Shown: positions 10,264-19,909 of the stretch, in pieces
Layout of the letters: every line of letters starts with the position of its first letter
How positions within the stretch are numbered: the first letter of the stretch is position 1
DNA from: an uncultured Bacteroidota bacterium
Lineage (GTDB): Bacteria > Bacteroidota > Bacteroidia > Bacteroidales > UBA12077
Length of the DNA stretch: 64,000 bases
Reading direction: 5' to 3'
Assembly (NCBI GenBank): GCA_913055635.1
Contig: CAJXLK010000020.1
Location: forward strand, 3,214-67,213
Notes under the pieces: generated by a model
Database searches by the model: none
Told to the model about the DNA's origin: nothing
Seen by the model: only the letters and a program-made list of their open reading frames with translations
Made by a program: the position numbers and the translations under genes

Positions 10264-13200
10264 TTACTCCACCAGTGAATCCACTGGATAAGGCTGATGT
10301 TGGGGCCATTGAACGGGTTTTTCTTCCATCTGTTTTTGAATATACTCGATGGCTTTTCTCAGCTGGGCATCCTGGCCGCGGGCCATTTCTGCTGAATTTA
10401 GTTCAACCTTGATATCCGGGGTTACCCCTTCATTTTCGATGATCCATTCTCCCTGTTTGTTGTATATGCGGTAATCCGGGGCGGTAAGCATACCTCCGTC
10501 AATCAGGGGAATATATTGCGACACCCCGACCAGGCCGCCCCAGGTGGTGGTACCAATGACCGGGCCCATGTTCAGCTCGCGGAATTCAAAGGGCAGCATA
10601 TCTCCGCCCGAACCGGCGTATTTATTGGTCAGGCAAGCCATATGGGCATTGACGGTTGTGGCCGGAATGGTTTGATCGTGCGAATAGCGGCGGGTCCAGT
10701 ATGCAAGGGGTTTGGTGTTAAGCCGTTGCAGGAAGATATAGGGATCCAGCCCCCCGCTGTTAAAACGCCCGTCGATGATGAGCCCTTCTTTGCGCGATTG
10801 ACTGTAAAAATACTTCGGGAAGAAAGTGGCCGAACCCATATAGGTGTCGGGAAAGTGGATGTAGCCAATTTGGCCATCAGATAGTTCTTCCACTTTTTCG
10901 CGGTTGCGCTCCACCCAATTGATATAGCGAAGGCTGCGTTCACTGCCCAGGGGTTCAACGGTAACCTGCCGGGCCCCTTCCATAGAGGGCTGATCATGGA
11001 TGGTCAGTTGAACCTGCTCATCGGCCAGCCCCTGAAAGTAACTGTATATGTTTTTTGATCCGTTTACCCCCTGGCCATTGACGGCCAACAGATAATCGCC
11101 TTCCTCAATGTTCATTCCCGGCTTGTCCAATGGAGCCATCACCGAACGCGACCAGGCTGGCTTGCGCAATATTTTACTGAACCGATAACGGTTAGAACTT
11201 TCATCCAGGGTATAATCGGCGCCAAGCATGCCCACGTTGACCTGTTCAGCCTTGCGTTTTTGATCGCCACCAAAGACATAGGTATGTGAGGTGTTGAGCT
11301 CGCCAATCATTTCACCGATAATATATTTGACATCCTCCCTGGAAGTGGCGCGGGGCAACAACCGGGCATATTTATCGCGCATCTGCTCCCAGTCTAGGCC
11401 ATGCATGCCCGGCTCATAGTAAAAGTCCCGTTCCATTCGCCAGGCTTCCTGGTAGATCTCTCGCCATTCCTTTCTCGGATCCAGTTCCATTTCCAGGTTG
11501 GTCAGATCCAGCTCATGGCCGGCCGACTCACTGGCCGTGGCCGGTATGATCCCCACTGATTCGCCTTTGCGGTAAGCAATGTGGCTGCCACCCCTAGATA
11601 ATTTGTATTGTTTGATGGAACCAATAACTTTTCTGGTTGAACGACCCTCATAGTCAAAAGCGTGGAGGTTCATGGTCGAAACCTCCCGGAACTCAAACCG
11701 GTTGAAATCGCCCTGTTCTTTGTTTAGGTAGAACAAGCTGTTGTCATTGACTGCCAGGTGGCGATAATTGCCGGCCGGAAGCGGCAGCTCCTCTACCCTG
11801 CCCGAGATGCCTTCAAAGTCAATTTCAACCCGGGCTTTTTCGGTTTCCCTGGCAGTCTTTTGATCCTCCCCGGCAGCCTGGTTGTTTCGGAATGGCATAA
11901 ACGGTTCGCCTCCCTGCTCCAGGGTCATGCTGTAGATTTTGGCCACATCCTTGTAGACCATCTCCCATTCCATATCTCCAAAAGTGGGATTGAATGTACG
12001 GTTCGAGACGAAAAGCAAGTGATCCCCATCTGGGGTGAAAACGGGATGAAAATCTGAAAACACGCTCTGGCTTACATTGCGGGTACGCCCCTGGTCCAGG
12101 CTGTAGATGAAAAGCTGGAAAATTTGTTTTTGGGTCATCTTACTATAAGCCAGATAGCGGCTATCGGGTGACCAACTGAAGTCGTAAATGGGTTTTTCAT
12201 CGATGGGCACATCCACCGATTCGTATTCAGCCTGATCGACTTTGGTGATTTCCCGGGAAGCCACATCCACATAATAGAGTGCCAGTTTCTGGTCGGTGAA
12301 GGCGATTTTTGATCCATCTGGCGACCAGCGTAAGGTATGGCGGTAGCCTTGTTGATGATCGGTCAGCTGGATGGCTTTGTTTTTTCCCTGCGCATCTATA
12401 ATGTGTATTTCATATTCTCCGCTGGCATCAGAAAGATAGGCCACTTTTTCGCCATTGGGCGACCAGGCCGGATCCTTGTCATGGGCCCCTGATGAACGGG
12501 TCAGGTTATGTATGGGGCCATGTTCGCGGGGCACGGTAAAGAGCTCTCCGCGGGCTTCTACCAAGGCCCGGGCGCCATTTGGGGAAATCCCCAGACCGGT
12601 GATCTGATCCTTTACATTCACCCGTCGCTTGCGGGCTTCCGGTGCATCAGCCCCTATGGCAATGTCAAGCTTTTGCTGATCGCCGTTGCGCGTGTCATAA
12701 GTCCATAAGTCTCCGGCGTGCTGGTAGATGATCTTGTGTTCCCCGGCACTGACACGCCGGGCATCATAGCGGTCATGGGTGGTGAGCTGTTCAATCCGGC
12801 TTCCCTCCTGTTCAGGATTAAGCGCATAAAGATTCAATCGGCCATCACGGTCGGAGGTGAAATAAATTTTTTCTCCCACCCACATAGGCAACCGGTCGGT
12901 TCCTTCAAAGGTGGTCAGTTGTTGCTCCTGGTCATTTTCCAGGTTGTAGAGGTAAATGTCCTGTGCCCTTCCCCCCTGGTATCGCTTCCAGGTACGGTCT
13001 TCCCGCGAGGTCTTGTTGAAGGCAATCCGGTTGCCTTGTGGGGCAAAACTTCCCCGGGCCGCTTCAATCAGTATCAGGGGCTTGGGATGGGGATCGTCAG
13101 GCCCCACCATATAAAGGCGGCTGGTGGGAATGCCTGTCCCCGGAGAACGGCGGGTACTGAAAATGACCTTGTTTTGGGTGGGGTGCCATCCAATCACTTC

Positions 13201-13551
13201 GTCATAACCGGGATGGAAAGTCAAACGGGTGATATTGCCCCCATCGGTATCCATGATATATACGTCTGCATTGCCATCATATTCACCGGTGAAGGCAATC
13301 TGATTGCCGTTGGGTGAAAAATTGGGATGAACTTCCTGGCCGTCATGGATGGTCAGCCGCCGGGCTTCATCGGAGCCGTCGGCCGGGGCCAGCCAAATAT
13401 CCCCGCCCGAGACGAAAGCCACCTGATTCTCATGGATATCGGGATAGCGCATCAATGGCGCCTCCGATTGCGCCTGCGCCTTAAAGGCATTTCCGATCAG
13501 CAGCAAAGCCACCATCGGCAATAAAATGAAAATGGATTTTGATTGGTACAT
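10264..13551 (-). CDS. Tricorn protease homologue (S41 family peptidase with beta-propeller and PDZ domains)
   Basis: 1095-aa ORF with a signal peptide and an N-terminus MRYPDIHENQVAFVSGGDIWLAP typical of tricorn homologues. It has repeated TolB/WD40-like blades (SPNG/SPDG...AF), a PDZ-like segment and a C-terminal S41 domain. Confidence 0.85.
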   Translation of the reverse strand: MYQSKSIFILLPMVALLLIGNAFKAQAQSEAPLMRYPDIHENQVAFVSGGDIWLAPADGSDEARRLTIHDGQEVHPNFSPNGNQIAFTGEYDGNADVYIMDTDGGNITRLTFHPGYDEVIGWHPTQNKVIFSTRRSPGTGIPTSRLYMVGPDDPHPKPLILIEAARGSFAPQGNRIAFNKTSREDRTWKRYQGGRAQDIYLYNLENDQEQQLTTFEGTDRLPMWVGEKIYFTSDRDGRLNLYALNPEQEGSRIEQLTTHDRYDARRVSAGEHKIIYQHAGDLWTYDTRNGDQQKLDIAIGADAPEARKRRVNVKDQITGLGISPNGARALVEARGELFTVPREHGPIHNLTRSSGAHDKDPAWSPNGEKVAYLSDASGEYEIHIIDAQGKNKAIQLTDHQQGYRHTLRWSPDGSKIAFTDQKLALYYVDVASREITKVDQAEYESVDVPIDEKPIYDFSWSPDSRYLAYSKMTQKQIFQLFIYSLDQGRTRNVSQSVFSDFHPVFTPDGDHLLFVSNRTFNPTFGDMEWEMVYKDVAKIYSMTLEQGGEPFMPFRNNQAAGEDQKTARETEKARVEIDFEGISGRVEELPLPAGNYRHLAVNDNSLFYLNKEQGDFNRFEFREVSTMNLHAFDYEGRSTRKVIGSIKQYKLSRGGSHIAYRKGESVGIIPATASESAGHELDLTNLEMELDPRKEWREIYQEAWRMERDFYYEPGMHGLDWEQMRDKYARLLPRATSREDVKYIIGEMIGELNTSHTYVFGGDQKRKAEQVNVGMLGADYTLDESSNRYRFSKILRKPAWSRSVMAPLDKPGMNIEEGDYLLAVNGQGVNGSKNIYSYFQGLADEQVQLTIHDQPSMEGARQVTVEPLGSERSLRYINWVERNREKVEELSDGQIGYIHFPDTYMGSATFFPKYFYSQSRKEGLIIDGRFNSGGLDPYIFLQRLNTKPLAYWTRRYSHDQTIPATTVNAHMACLTNKYAGSGGDMLPFEFRELNMGPVIGTTTWGGLVGVSQYIPLIDGGMLTAPDYRIYNKQGEWIIENEGVTPDIKVELNSAEMARGQDAQLRKAIEYIQKQMEEKPVQWPQHQPYPVDSLVE

Positions 13552-13824
13552 GTTAACCTCCTTTGTTTTTATATATGTTGGTAATATCCCGGATGTTGAT
13601 GAGGATGATCATCATCAGACACCTTCACCGTGTTGATCCTATGGCCACATTCAGCTCTTATAAGGGCTGTTATCCCTGCTAACCGTCGGGCCCGAATGAT
13701 TTGTCCACCATCATGGCCTTGTTGTTTTGGACCCCAATTAAAGGTAAGGGTTTATTGAAATAAATGCAAATGGGCGGTTTTGGTGGGTCGCTCCGGGAAG
13801 TCTATGTTGCAGGGCTGATCGTGA

Positions 13825-13950
13825 CAGGGGTTCAGCTTTTAATGGCAGGGGTTGAAGTTCCAGTGTCGGGAGTTGAAGTTCCAGTGGCAGAGGTTGAAAT
13901 CCCAATGGCAGGGTTTTCAGTTTTTAATGGCAGGGGGTAAAGTATTAATC
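13825..13950. repeat. Degenerate 21-nt tandem repeat (5 units plus a partial one)
   Basis: Units start at 13825, 13846, 13867, 13888 and 13909 (the last is 22 nt), with a partial unit from 13931. Consensus is CAGGGGTTGAAGTTCCAGTGG. The last unit overlaps the PBP1A stop codon. Confidence 0.8.
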
Positions 13951-16323
13951 TCTGCCGGGATCCGGGTCGGAGTCTTCCTTTTTGAGTTGATCCAACAGCC
14001 TTTTCAGAAAGTTCTTTTTCTTCTTTTCGGGTTGATTGTCGGTTGGTTTTTTCTTAAACATGTCGATGATTTTTTCCAGAAGGCCTGGGGCCTTTTCGCG
14101 ATAATCGGGGCAATCATAGCTGGAGGTATCGATCTTGCTGTAATGGAAACGCGTCAGGTAGCTAGTACCGGGGTGTTCCTGTTGAAGTTGCTGCAGGAAA
14201 TAGCCCCCCAGGGGAAGGGCTGTAGCAGCCCCCTGGCCATAACGCAGGCTTTTGAAATGAATGGCCGGGTATTCGGCACCTACCCAACCGCCAAATACAA
14301 GATGGGGGTTATACCCGACAAACCAGCCGTCGGCGTGGTTTTGGGTCGTACCGGTTTTGCCGGCGATGTCTCCGTCAAACTGAAAATTGTGGGTCAACGA
14401 GCGGGCCGTTCCGCGATGAACGACTCCCTGAAGCATCATATTGATCTGTTCGCAAACCTTTTGATCCAATATTCGTTGCTGTTCGGGGGCTGGCTTAAAT
14501 TTTTTCAGCACTTTTCCATTCTGATCTTCAATCTTGTATATAAGTTGCGGTGTCGCAACCCGACCCTGATTGGCAAAAACCCCATAAGCCTGGACCAGTT
14601 CTTTGACCGAGGCATTTTTGGTTCCCAAAGCCAGTGAAGGGACCCGTGGAAACTTCCCACTTAGGCCCATATCTGAGGCCAGGTGAATGGTTGAATCGAT
14701 GCCTGCCTCCATCAGCACCTGGACCGAAACGGTATTGACCGAGTGAACCAGGGCTCCCTCTAACGAATAGACCCCGCCGTAGGTATTGTTGGCATTGGCC
14801 GGGGACCAGCCGTCAAATTCTTGGTAAACCAGATTGTCATTGGGATAATACTGACAGGGTTCGATACCCTGGTTTAACGCACTGGCATAAACAATGGGTT
14901 TGAAGGTAGATCCGATTTGGCGCCGGGAGGTAACGTGATCGTATTTGAAAAAACGATGGTCGATGCCCCCTACCCAGGCCAAAATATGACCGTTACGCGG
15001 ATCCATGGCCATGAAACCGGCATGGAGCATTTTCAGATAATGGCGTACCGAATCCACCGCCGACATATTGACTTGTTTAGGCCCCTGCCATGTAAATACC
15101 TCCATCTTTTTTTTCCGGTTTACCCTGGAATCGGGATCTGCCATGGATGCCTCTTGGTAGGCAGGAATGCCAGCCAGTATATTGCGGGTCAGTTTTTGCC
15201 GGGTTGACCGGGAAGTACCTTTCAGTTCCTGGTTCAGACGTTGCTGTAACCGGGGTAGGTGATTCAATACGGCTTGCCTGGCATAGCGTTGCAAGTCAGC
15301 ATCAAGGGTGGTATAAACTTTCAATCCGTCGGTATACAGGTTATAGGGTTGGCCATCGGGTGCGGTTTGAGCCTGGCACCATTCTTCCAGCTTCTCCCGC
15401 AAATGTTCCCTCAGGTAAGGGGCCAGCCCGTTGTTGTGATCAAGGGGGGTGTAATCGGTATGAAGGGGCTTATTCTGAAGCTTTTCAGCCCGCGTGGCCG
15501 TGATGTACCCGTATTTGGCCATTTGGGATAATACTACGTTTCGGCGTACCCGGGCCTTTTGTGGATGGAGATGGGGATTGTACAAACTGGTGCCCTTTAG
15601 CATGCCCACCAAAGTCGCCCCCTGTCCGGGAGAAAGCTCTTCCGGCAATCGGTTGAAATAGAGTTGAGCGGCATTTTTGATGCCAAAGGTGTTTTCTCCA
15701 TATGGTACCGTATTTAAATACATCTGGATCAGCTGATCTTTCTCATAGACCTCTTCCAGTCGCCAGGCAATGATCATCTCCCTGATTTTGTTGCCTATTA
15801 ACGCCAGATGGTCCTCTTTCTTCCTCGGGTAAAGGTTTTTGGCCAACTGTTGGGTGATGGTGCTGCCGCCTCCTGCACTTCTGTCGCCCAGGAGGATGGT
15901 TTTGAAAAAGACCCGGATAAGGCTGCGCGTATCAATGCCATGGTGTTCATAAAAACGGGCGTCTTCAGTGGCTATCAAGGCATCAATGAGGTGATCGGGT
16001 ATCTGACTGTATTGCAGGTTGTTCCGGTTTTTTAAATGGTACCGCCCCATTAAGGTGCCATAGCGGGTGTAGACTTCTGTGGCCTGGGCATGCTGAATGT
16101 TTTGCAGGGCCTCTTTCCCGGGTAGCGCCCCGTAAGCCCTCTGGTGTATCCTGTAGCCCAGGTAGGAAACAACAACCACCGTCACACCGATTGCAAAATA
16201 GACCATATAACGGAAAAGCCGAACATACAGCCGCTTCTTCTTTCGCCTGAAACCGGATAGTAGCTCCTTTTTTTTCTTGGGTTCCGATGAAGCTCTTGCC
16301 CTTGACCTTCCCATAACCGGCAT
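13945..16323 (-). CDS. Penicillin-binding protein 1A family (bifunctional glycosyltransferase/transpeptidase)
   Basis: 792-aa ORF with an N-terminal TM anchor. GT51 motifs are EDARFYEHHGID and GGSTITQQLAKN. Transpeptidase motifs are STFK, SVN and KTGT. The C-terminal tail is Lys-rich. Confidence 0.9.
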   Translation of the reverse strand: MPVMGRSRARASSEPKKKKELLSGFRRKKKRLYVRLFRYMVYFAIGVTVVVVSYLGYRIHQRAYGALPGKEALQNIQHAQATEVYTRYGTLMGRYHLKNRNNLQYSQIPDHLIDALIATEDARFYEHHGIDTRSLIRVFFKTILLGDRSAGGGSTITQQLAKNLYPRKKEDHLALIGNKIREMIIAWRLEEVYEKDQLIQMYLNTVPYGENTFGIKNAAQLYFNRLPEELSPGQGATLVGMLKGTSLYNPHLHPQKARVRRNVVLSQMAKYGYITATRAEKLQNKPLHTDYTPLDHNNGLAPYLREHLREKLEEWCQAQTAPDGQPYNLYTDGLKVYTTLDADLQRYARQAVLNHLPRLQQRLNQELKGTSRSTRQKLTRNILAGIPAYQEASMADPDSRVNRKKKMEVFTWQGPKQVNMSAVDSVRHYLKMLHAGFMAMDPRNGHILAWVGGIDHRFFKYDHVTSRRQIGSTFKPIVYASALNQGIEPCQYYPNDNLVYQEFDGWSPANANNTYGGVYSLEGALVHSVNTVSVQVLMEAGIDSTIHLASDMGLSGKFPRVPSLALGTKNASVKELVQAYGVFANQGRVATPQLIYKIEDQNGKVLKKFKPAPEQQRILDQKVCEQINMMLQGVVHRGTARSLTHNFQFDGDIAGKTGTTQNHADGWFVGYNPHLVFGGWVGAEYPAIHFKSLRYGQGAATALPLGGYFLQQLQQEHPGTSYLTRFHYSKIDTSSYDCPDYREKAPGLLEKIIDMFKKKPTDNQPEKKKKNFLKRLLDQLKKEDSDPDPGRD

Positions 16324-16476
16324 TGATTGGTTTTAAATTTCGTTCAGGATTGGATTAAAAAATAGCTTATACAGTAACTTACCTGAGACGATTGATCAAA
16401 CCTTGATCAGATATAATAAACGGATCAAAAATAAACAAATTCTAAGGCCCGCCTATTTATTTGTAACCCGCGCCGT

Positions 16477-17559
16477 TCATTTTTTCTTTTTGACCTGATA
16501 AATGCCAACACTCCGACGTTTGCCCTCGAGTTGTACCTGTCCTGCACTCTTAAAGGAAAACCCTTTTTTATGATTCAGCATGTTATAGAGATTTTCGGAA
16601 ATCAATAGCTCCTGTTTGAGCTCATTGCATTTTGATTCAATGCGTGCTGCTGTATTAATGGTATCCCCGTTGTAGGAAATATCTCTGCGAATTTGACCAA
16701 CCTGGAGCATCATTACTTTTCCTGCATGCGCTCCGGCCTTGAACTGCGGCTCTATTCCGTACCTGCGGCGGTAATATCGCCTGCGGCGGTGAATGGCCCT
16801 GCGAAAAGCATAAAAAGCCTTCAGAAAATGACCGTCGGCCAAACCCTCACGAAGCCCCCAGGATATGATGGCTCCATCACCCAGGTATTGATAAATTTCG
16901 CCCTGATAATTATCGATTACTTCCAGATCATTAAAAACTTCCTGGATCAGGCGGCTGAACTTTTTATGGTCCAGTTTCTCGGCAATGGAAGTGGATGCCT
17001 TCATATCGATGAACATAAAAATGCGCTGCTGTTCGATGGGTTTGTTCAGCATGCCCAACAACCAGCTTCTGAAATGGCCCCTGCCCACCTTGCGCATCAC
17101 CGCCTTAAAAAAATGAATCAGGAAAGTGGCCAGGGAGAAATAGACCACAAACCGGATCAGGTGGATATCGACCCGGGGAAATTTTTGGAGGGCCGCTTGA
17201 TAATTGCCCTGCTCCAGGGCTGGCAAAGGGTCGGCAGCTGCCAGCAAAAGGAGGAAGGCAATGGCAAGATAAATTAAAGATTTTAGCGCGAGGGTCAGGC
17301 GCCGGGGTAATAAGCGCAGAATAGGGGCAGCAAATAGAACATCCAGCAGGGTGAACAACAGGGCAACGGTGCCGGAAAGGATCAGTATAATCACGTACAG
17401 ATCATCCTGGTCAAGTAGATTCAGGTGGGTTCGAAAGATTTGCTCCTGGCCGGTGAGAAAATAAAAAAACAGGAAACAAACATACCAGAAGATAAAAAGG
17501 ACCAGAAAATTCCGGCTCGTTTGATTTATTCTGATTGCCAGTTTATCGAAGGTGGTCAT
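16477..17559 (-). CDS. Membrane-anchored class III adenylate/guanylate cyclase
   Basis: 360-aa ORF. The N-terminal roughly 170 aa contain several hydrophobic helices. The C-terminal cyclase homology domain shows FMFIDMKASTSI, GDGAIISWG and GDTINTAARIES. Confidence 0.85.
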   Translation of the reverse strand: MTTFDKLAIRINQTSRNFLVLFIFWYVCFLFFYFLTGQEQIFRTHLNLLDQDDLYVIILILSGTVALLFTLLDVLFAAPILRLLPRRLTLALKSLIYLAIAFLLLLAAADPLPALEQGNYQAALQKFPRVDIHLIRFVVYFSLATFLIHFFKAVMRKVGRGHFRSWLLGMLNKPIEQQRIFMFIDMKASTSIAEKLDHKKFSRLIQEVFNDLEVIDNYQGEIYQYLGDGAIISWGLREGLADGHFLKAFYAFRRAIHRRRRYYRRRYGIEPQFKAGAHAGKVMMLQVGQIRRDISYNGDTINTAARIESKCNELKQELLISENLYNMLNHKKGFSFKSAGQVQLEGKRRSVGIYQVKKKK

Positions 17560-17761
17560 AAACAGGGGCTGTTGCGGCTGCTTTCAGTTGATTGGTTTAC
17601 CAGTCTCCTACGGGGTTCAGGCGCGATGGTTTCGTTACTTCCCTGGTCAGTGAAATGTTTGTTGAATTGAGGGGTTGTAGCCACAACATTGGTGCGGGTA
17701 TAGGCGATACATTTGTTCTGGTCAAATACTTTGTTTATCTTGGAAAGGAAAACAAACGGGT

Positions 17762-18976
17762 ATGAAACGTTCCGGACAGGCGGATTTGCCGCTTCACCGC
17801 GGTCACGTTCCCCCCTGGCTTTACGAGCGCATGGGGCGTATGGGGCGTGCCATCGTAGAAGCCATTGTTGCGGATTATGGGCCTTCAGGGGTGCTGACCC
17901 GCCTGAGCGACCCACGGTGGTTTCAATCCCTGGGGGCCGCCATGGGCATGGACTGGCATTCCTCCGGCATAACCACATCGGTGATGGGTGCGCTAAAACG
18001 CTCCATTAATCCTGTTTCCGGAGAGCTGGGCCTTTATTTTTGCGGGGGCCGCGGTAAAGCATCCCGCCAAACCCCGCAGGAGCTGATGAAGGTTTCAAAC
18101 CAGACGGGCCAGGATGGCAACCAGTTGGCCCGCTTCAGTCGGTTGGCCGCCAAAGTGGACAACACCACCATCCAGGATGGGTATCAACTTTACCTGCATC
18201 ATTTTGTGGTGACCCGCGGTGGCTCCTGGACGGTTGTTCAGCAGGGAATGAACTCCACCAGCGGAATGGCCCGACGGTATCACTGGCATTCTCACCGGGT
18301 GACTTCCTTCGTCGAAGAGCCCCATGCCGCTATTTGTGGTATACAGGGGCAACAGATCCTTAACCTGACCGACCGGCTTGCTTCACCGGCCAGAAAAGGC
18401 ATCCTTCAAATCAGCGGTGAAAAACCTACCCAGATGATGGACGAAATTCAAAAGATGAACCTTCCGGCTCGCCATCACATTAGCGAAAAGGATGTGGATC
18501 TGCGCCGATTGGGCGCTATCCTGGCATTGACCCATGAACAGCAGCATCAGGATTTTGAATCCTTGCTCCTTTTAAAGGGAATGGGTCCTAAAACCCTGAG
18601 GGCCCTTACCCTGGTGAGTGAAATCATTCATGGCACCCCCTCTCGGTTCAGTGATCCTGCCCGTTTTGCATTTGCCCTTGGCGGCAAGGATGGCCATCCC
18701 CATCCGGTGCAAACCCAGGTATATGACCAAACCCTTGCCGAGCTCCGAAAAACCCTTGAACAAGCCCGACTGGGCTTTACCGATAAAAAGAAGGCACTGG
18801 ACAAGCTTTCAAAGGTATCGCGCGAACTGGAAAAGGACTTCCAACCCCAAACGGGCGGACTCAAGGAATATATCCGTCAGGAACGCACCAACTCCCCCCG
18901 CTACGGAGGCCGAACGGCCGGGGGAAGGTCTCAGCCCCCTGAAAATTCCGGGCCCCAGCAGCTTAAACTATTCTGA
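17762..18976 (+). CDS. DUF763 domain-containing protein
   Basis: 404-aa ORF. The N-terminus ADLPLHRGHVPPWLYERM...LSDPRWFQSLGAAMGMDWHSSGITT matches my memory of DUF763. It has an internal helix-hairpin-helix-like LKGMGPKTLRAL. Confidence 0.65.
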   Translation: MKRSGQADLPLHRGHVPPWLYERMGRMGRAIVEAIVADYGPSGVLTRLSDPRWFQSLGAAMGMDWHSSGITTSVMGALKRSINPVSGELGLYFCGGRGKASRQTPQELMKVSNQTGQDGNQLARFSRLAAKVDNTTIQDGYQLYLHHFVVTRGGSWTVVQQGMNSTSGMARRYHWHSHRVTSFVEEPHAAICGIQGQQILNLTDRLASPARKGILQISGEKPTQMMDEIQKMNLPARHHISEKDVDLRRLGAILALTHEQQHQDFESLLLLKGMGPKTLRALTLVSEIIHGTPSRFSDPARFAFALGGKDGHPHPVQTQVYDQTLAELRKTLEQARLGFTDKKKALDKLSKVSRELEKDFQPQTGGLKEYIRQERTNSPRYGGRTAGGRSQPPENSGPQQLKLF

Positions 18977-18982
18977 GTTTTA

Positions 18983-19134
18983 ACCCCGCTTAGCGGGGTC
19001 AGCCAAAAACCCCGCTTAGCGGGGTCAGCCAGCTAAATCTGAGCAGGTTAATCCCTTGACAAAACCCCGCTTAGCGGGGTCAGCCAGCTAAATCTGAGCA
19101 GGTTAATCCCTCCGACCCCGCTTAGCGGGGTCAG
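18983..19134. repeat. Cluster of four REP-like palindromic elements (core CCCCGCTTAGCGGGG)
   Basis: Cores start at 18984, 19010, 19065 and 19116. A 47-nt block is repeated identically at 19010-19056 and 19065-19111. The cluster lies between the convergent DUF763 and msrA genes. Confidence 0.85.
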
Positions 19135-19148
19135 ATGAAGCGGGGAAA

Positions 19149-19784
19149 TTATTTGAGGTAACGGCCGAAATTTTGGCGCAACTTATCGAGCTTCGGGTCG
19201 ATGTTGATCCGGCAATACGGTTGATTCGGATTTTTGCGATAGAAGTCCTGGTGATAATCTTCAGCCCGGTAAAAGTTTTGATAGGGCTCGACCGCCGTCA
19301 CGATCGGATCATCAAAATATCCGGACTGATCCATCTCTCGCTTGCTCTCCCGGGCGATCTTCTTTTGTTCCTGATTGTGGTAAAAGATCACCGACCGGTA
19401 TTGCGGGCCAATATCGGCTCCCTGACGATTGAGGGTTGTCGGGTCGTGGGTTCTCCAGAATACTTCCAGCAGTTGTTCGTAACTGATTTGGTGGGGGTCA
19501 TATTGAATCTGTATTGCTTCGGCATGGCCTGTGTTGCCACGGGTGACTTCCTTGTAGGAGGGATTTTTAACTTCTCCTCCTGAATATCCGGAGGATACAT
19601 TTTCTACTCCCTTTAGTTTTTCAAATACCGCTTCCACACACCAGAAGCATCCTGCAGCCAGCGTGGCGGTTTCACGTTTTGTCTTTTCCATATGCCGGTA
19701 GCTTTGATCATTCTGTGCCAGGGGCCGAACCATTGATAGCATAAACATTCCGGCCACAATAAAAATTGCCATTGCCCTTTTCAT
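19149..19784 (-). CDS. msrA: Peptide-methionine (S)-S-oxide reductase MsrA, with signal peptide
   Basis: 211-aa ORF with the active-site motif GCFWC and GYSGG. The hydrophobic N-terminal leader suggests export. Confidence 0.92.
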   Translation of the reverse strand: MKRAMAIFIVAGMFMLSMVRPLAQNDQSYRHMEKTKRETATLAAGCFWCVEAVFEKLKGVENVSSGYSGGEVKNPSYKEVTRGNTGHAEAIQIQYDPHQISYEQLLEVFWRTHDPTTLNRQGADIGPQYRSVIFYHNQEQKKIARESKREMDQSGYFDDPIVTAVEPYQNFYRAEDYHQDFYRKNPNQPYCRINIDPKLDKLRQNFGRYLK

Positions 19785-19909
19785 GGCAACCTCCTTTTAT
19801 ATGGGTAACAACTGAGTGAATGATGTTGTTTATGAAAACAAGAAATTCAAAGGCCGGATACCTTTTTTTTAATAATAAGGCCTGTTTGGTTTGATAGGGT
19901 TTGTGGTTT

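Noticed and set aside
17556-17978. 140-aa minus-strand ORF across the cyclase/DUF763 spacer and the DUF763 5' end
   Set aside because: The Arg/Pro/Ala-rich product lies antisense to the conserved N-terminal block of DUF763. It has no supporting features.
18983-19134. Possible mini-CRISPR array (repeated 22-nt element with spacers)
   Set aside because: There are only four copies and the repeat is a short perfect hairpin. Spacing is irregular (26, 55 and 51 nt). Two of the spacers are identical to each other, which indicates tandem duplication rather than acquired spacers. No cas genes are present. The same applies to 41928-42200.
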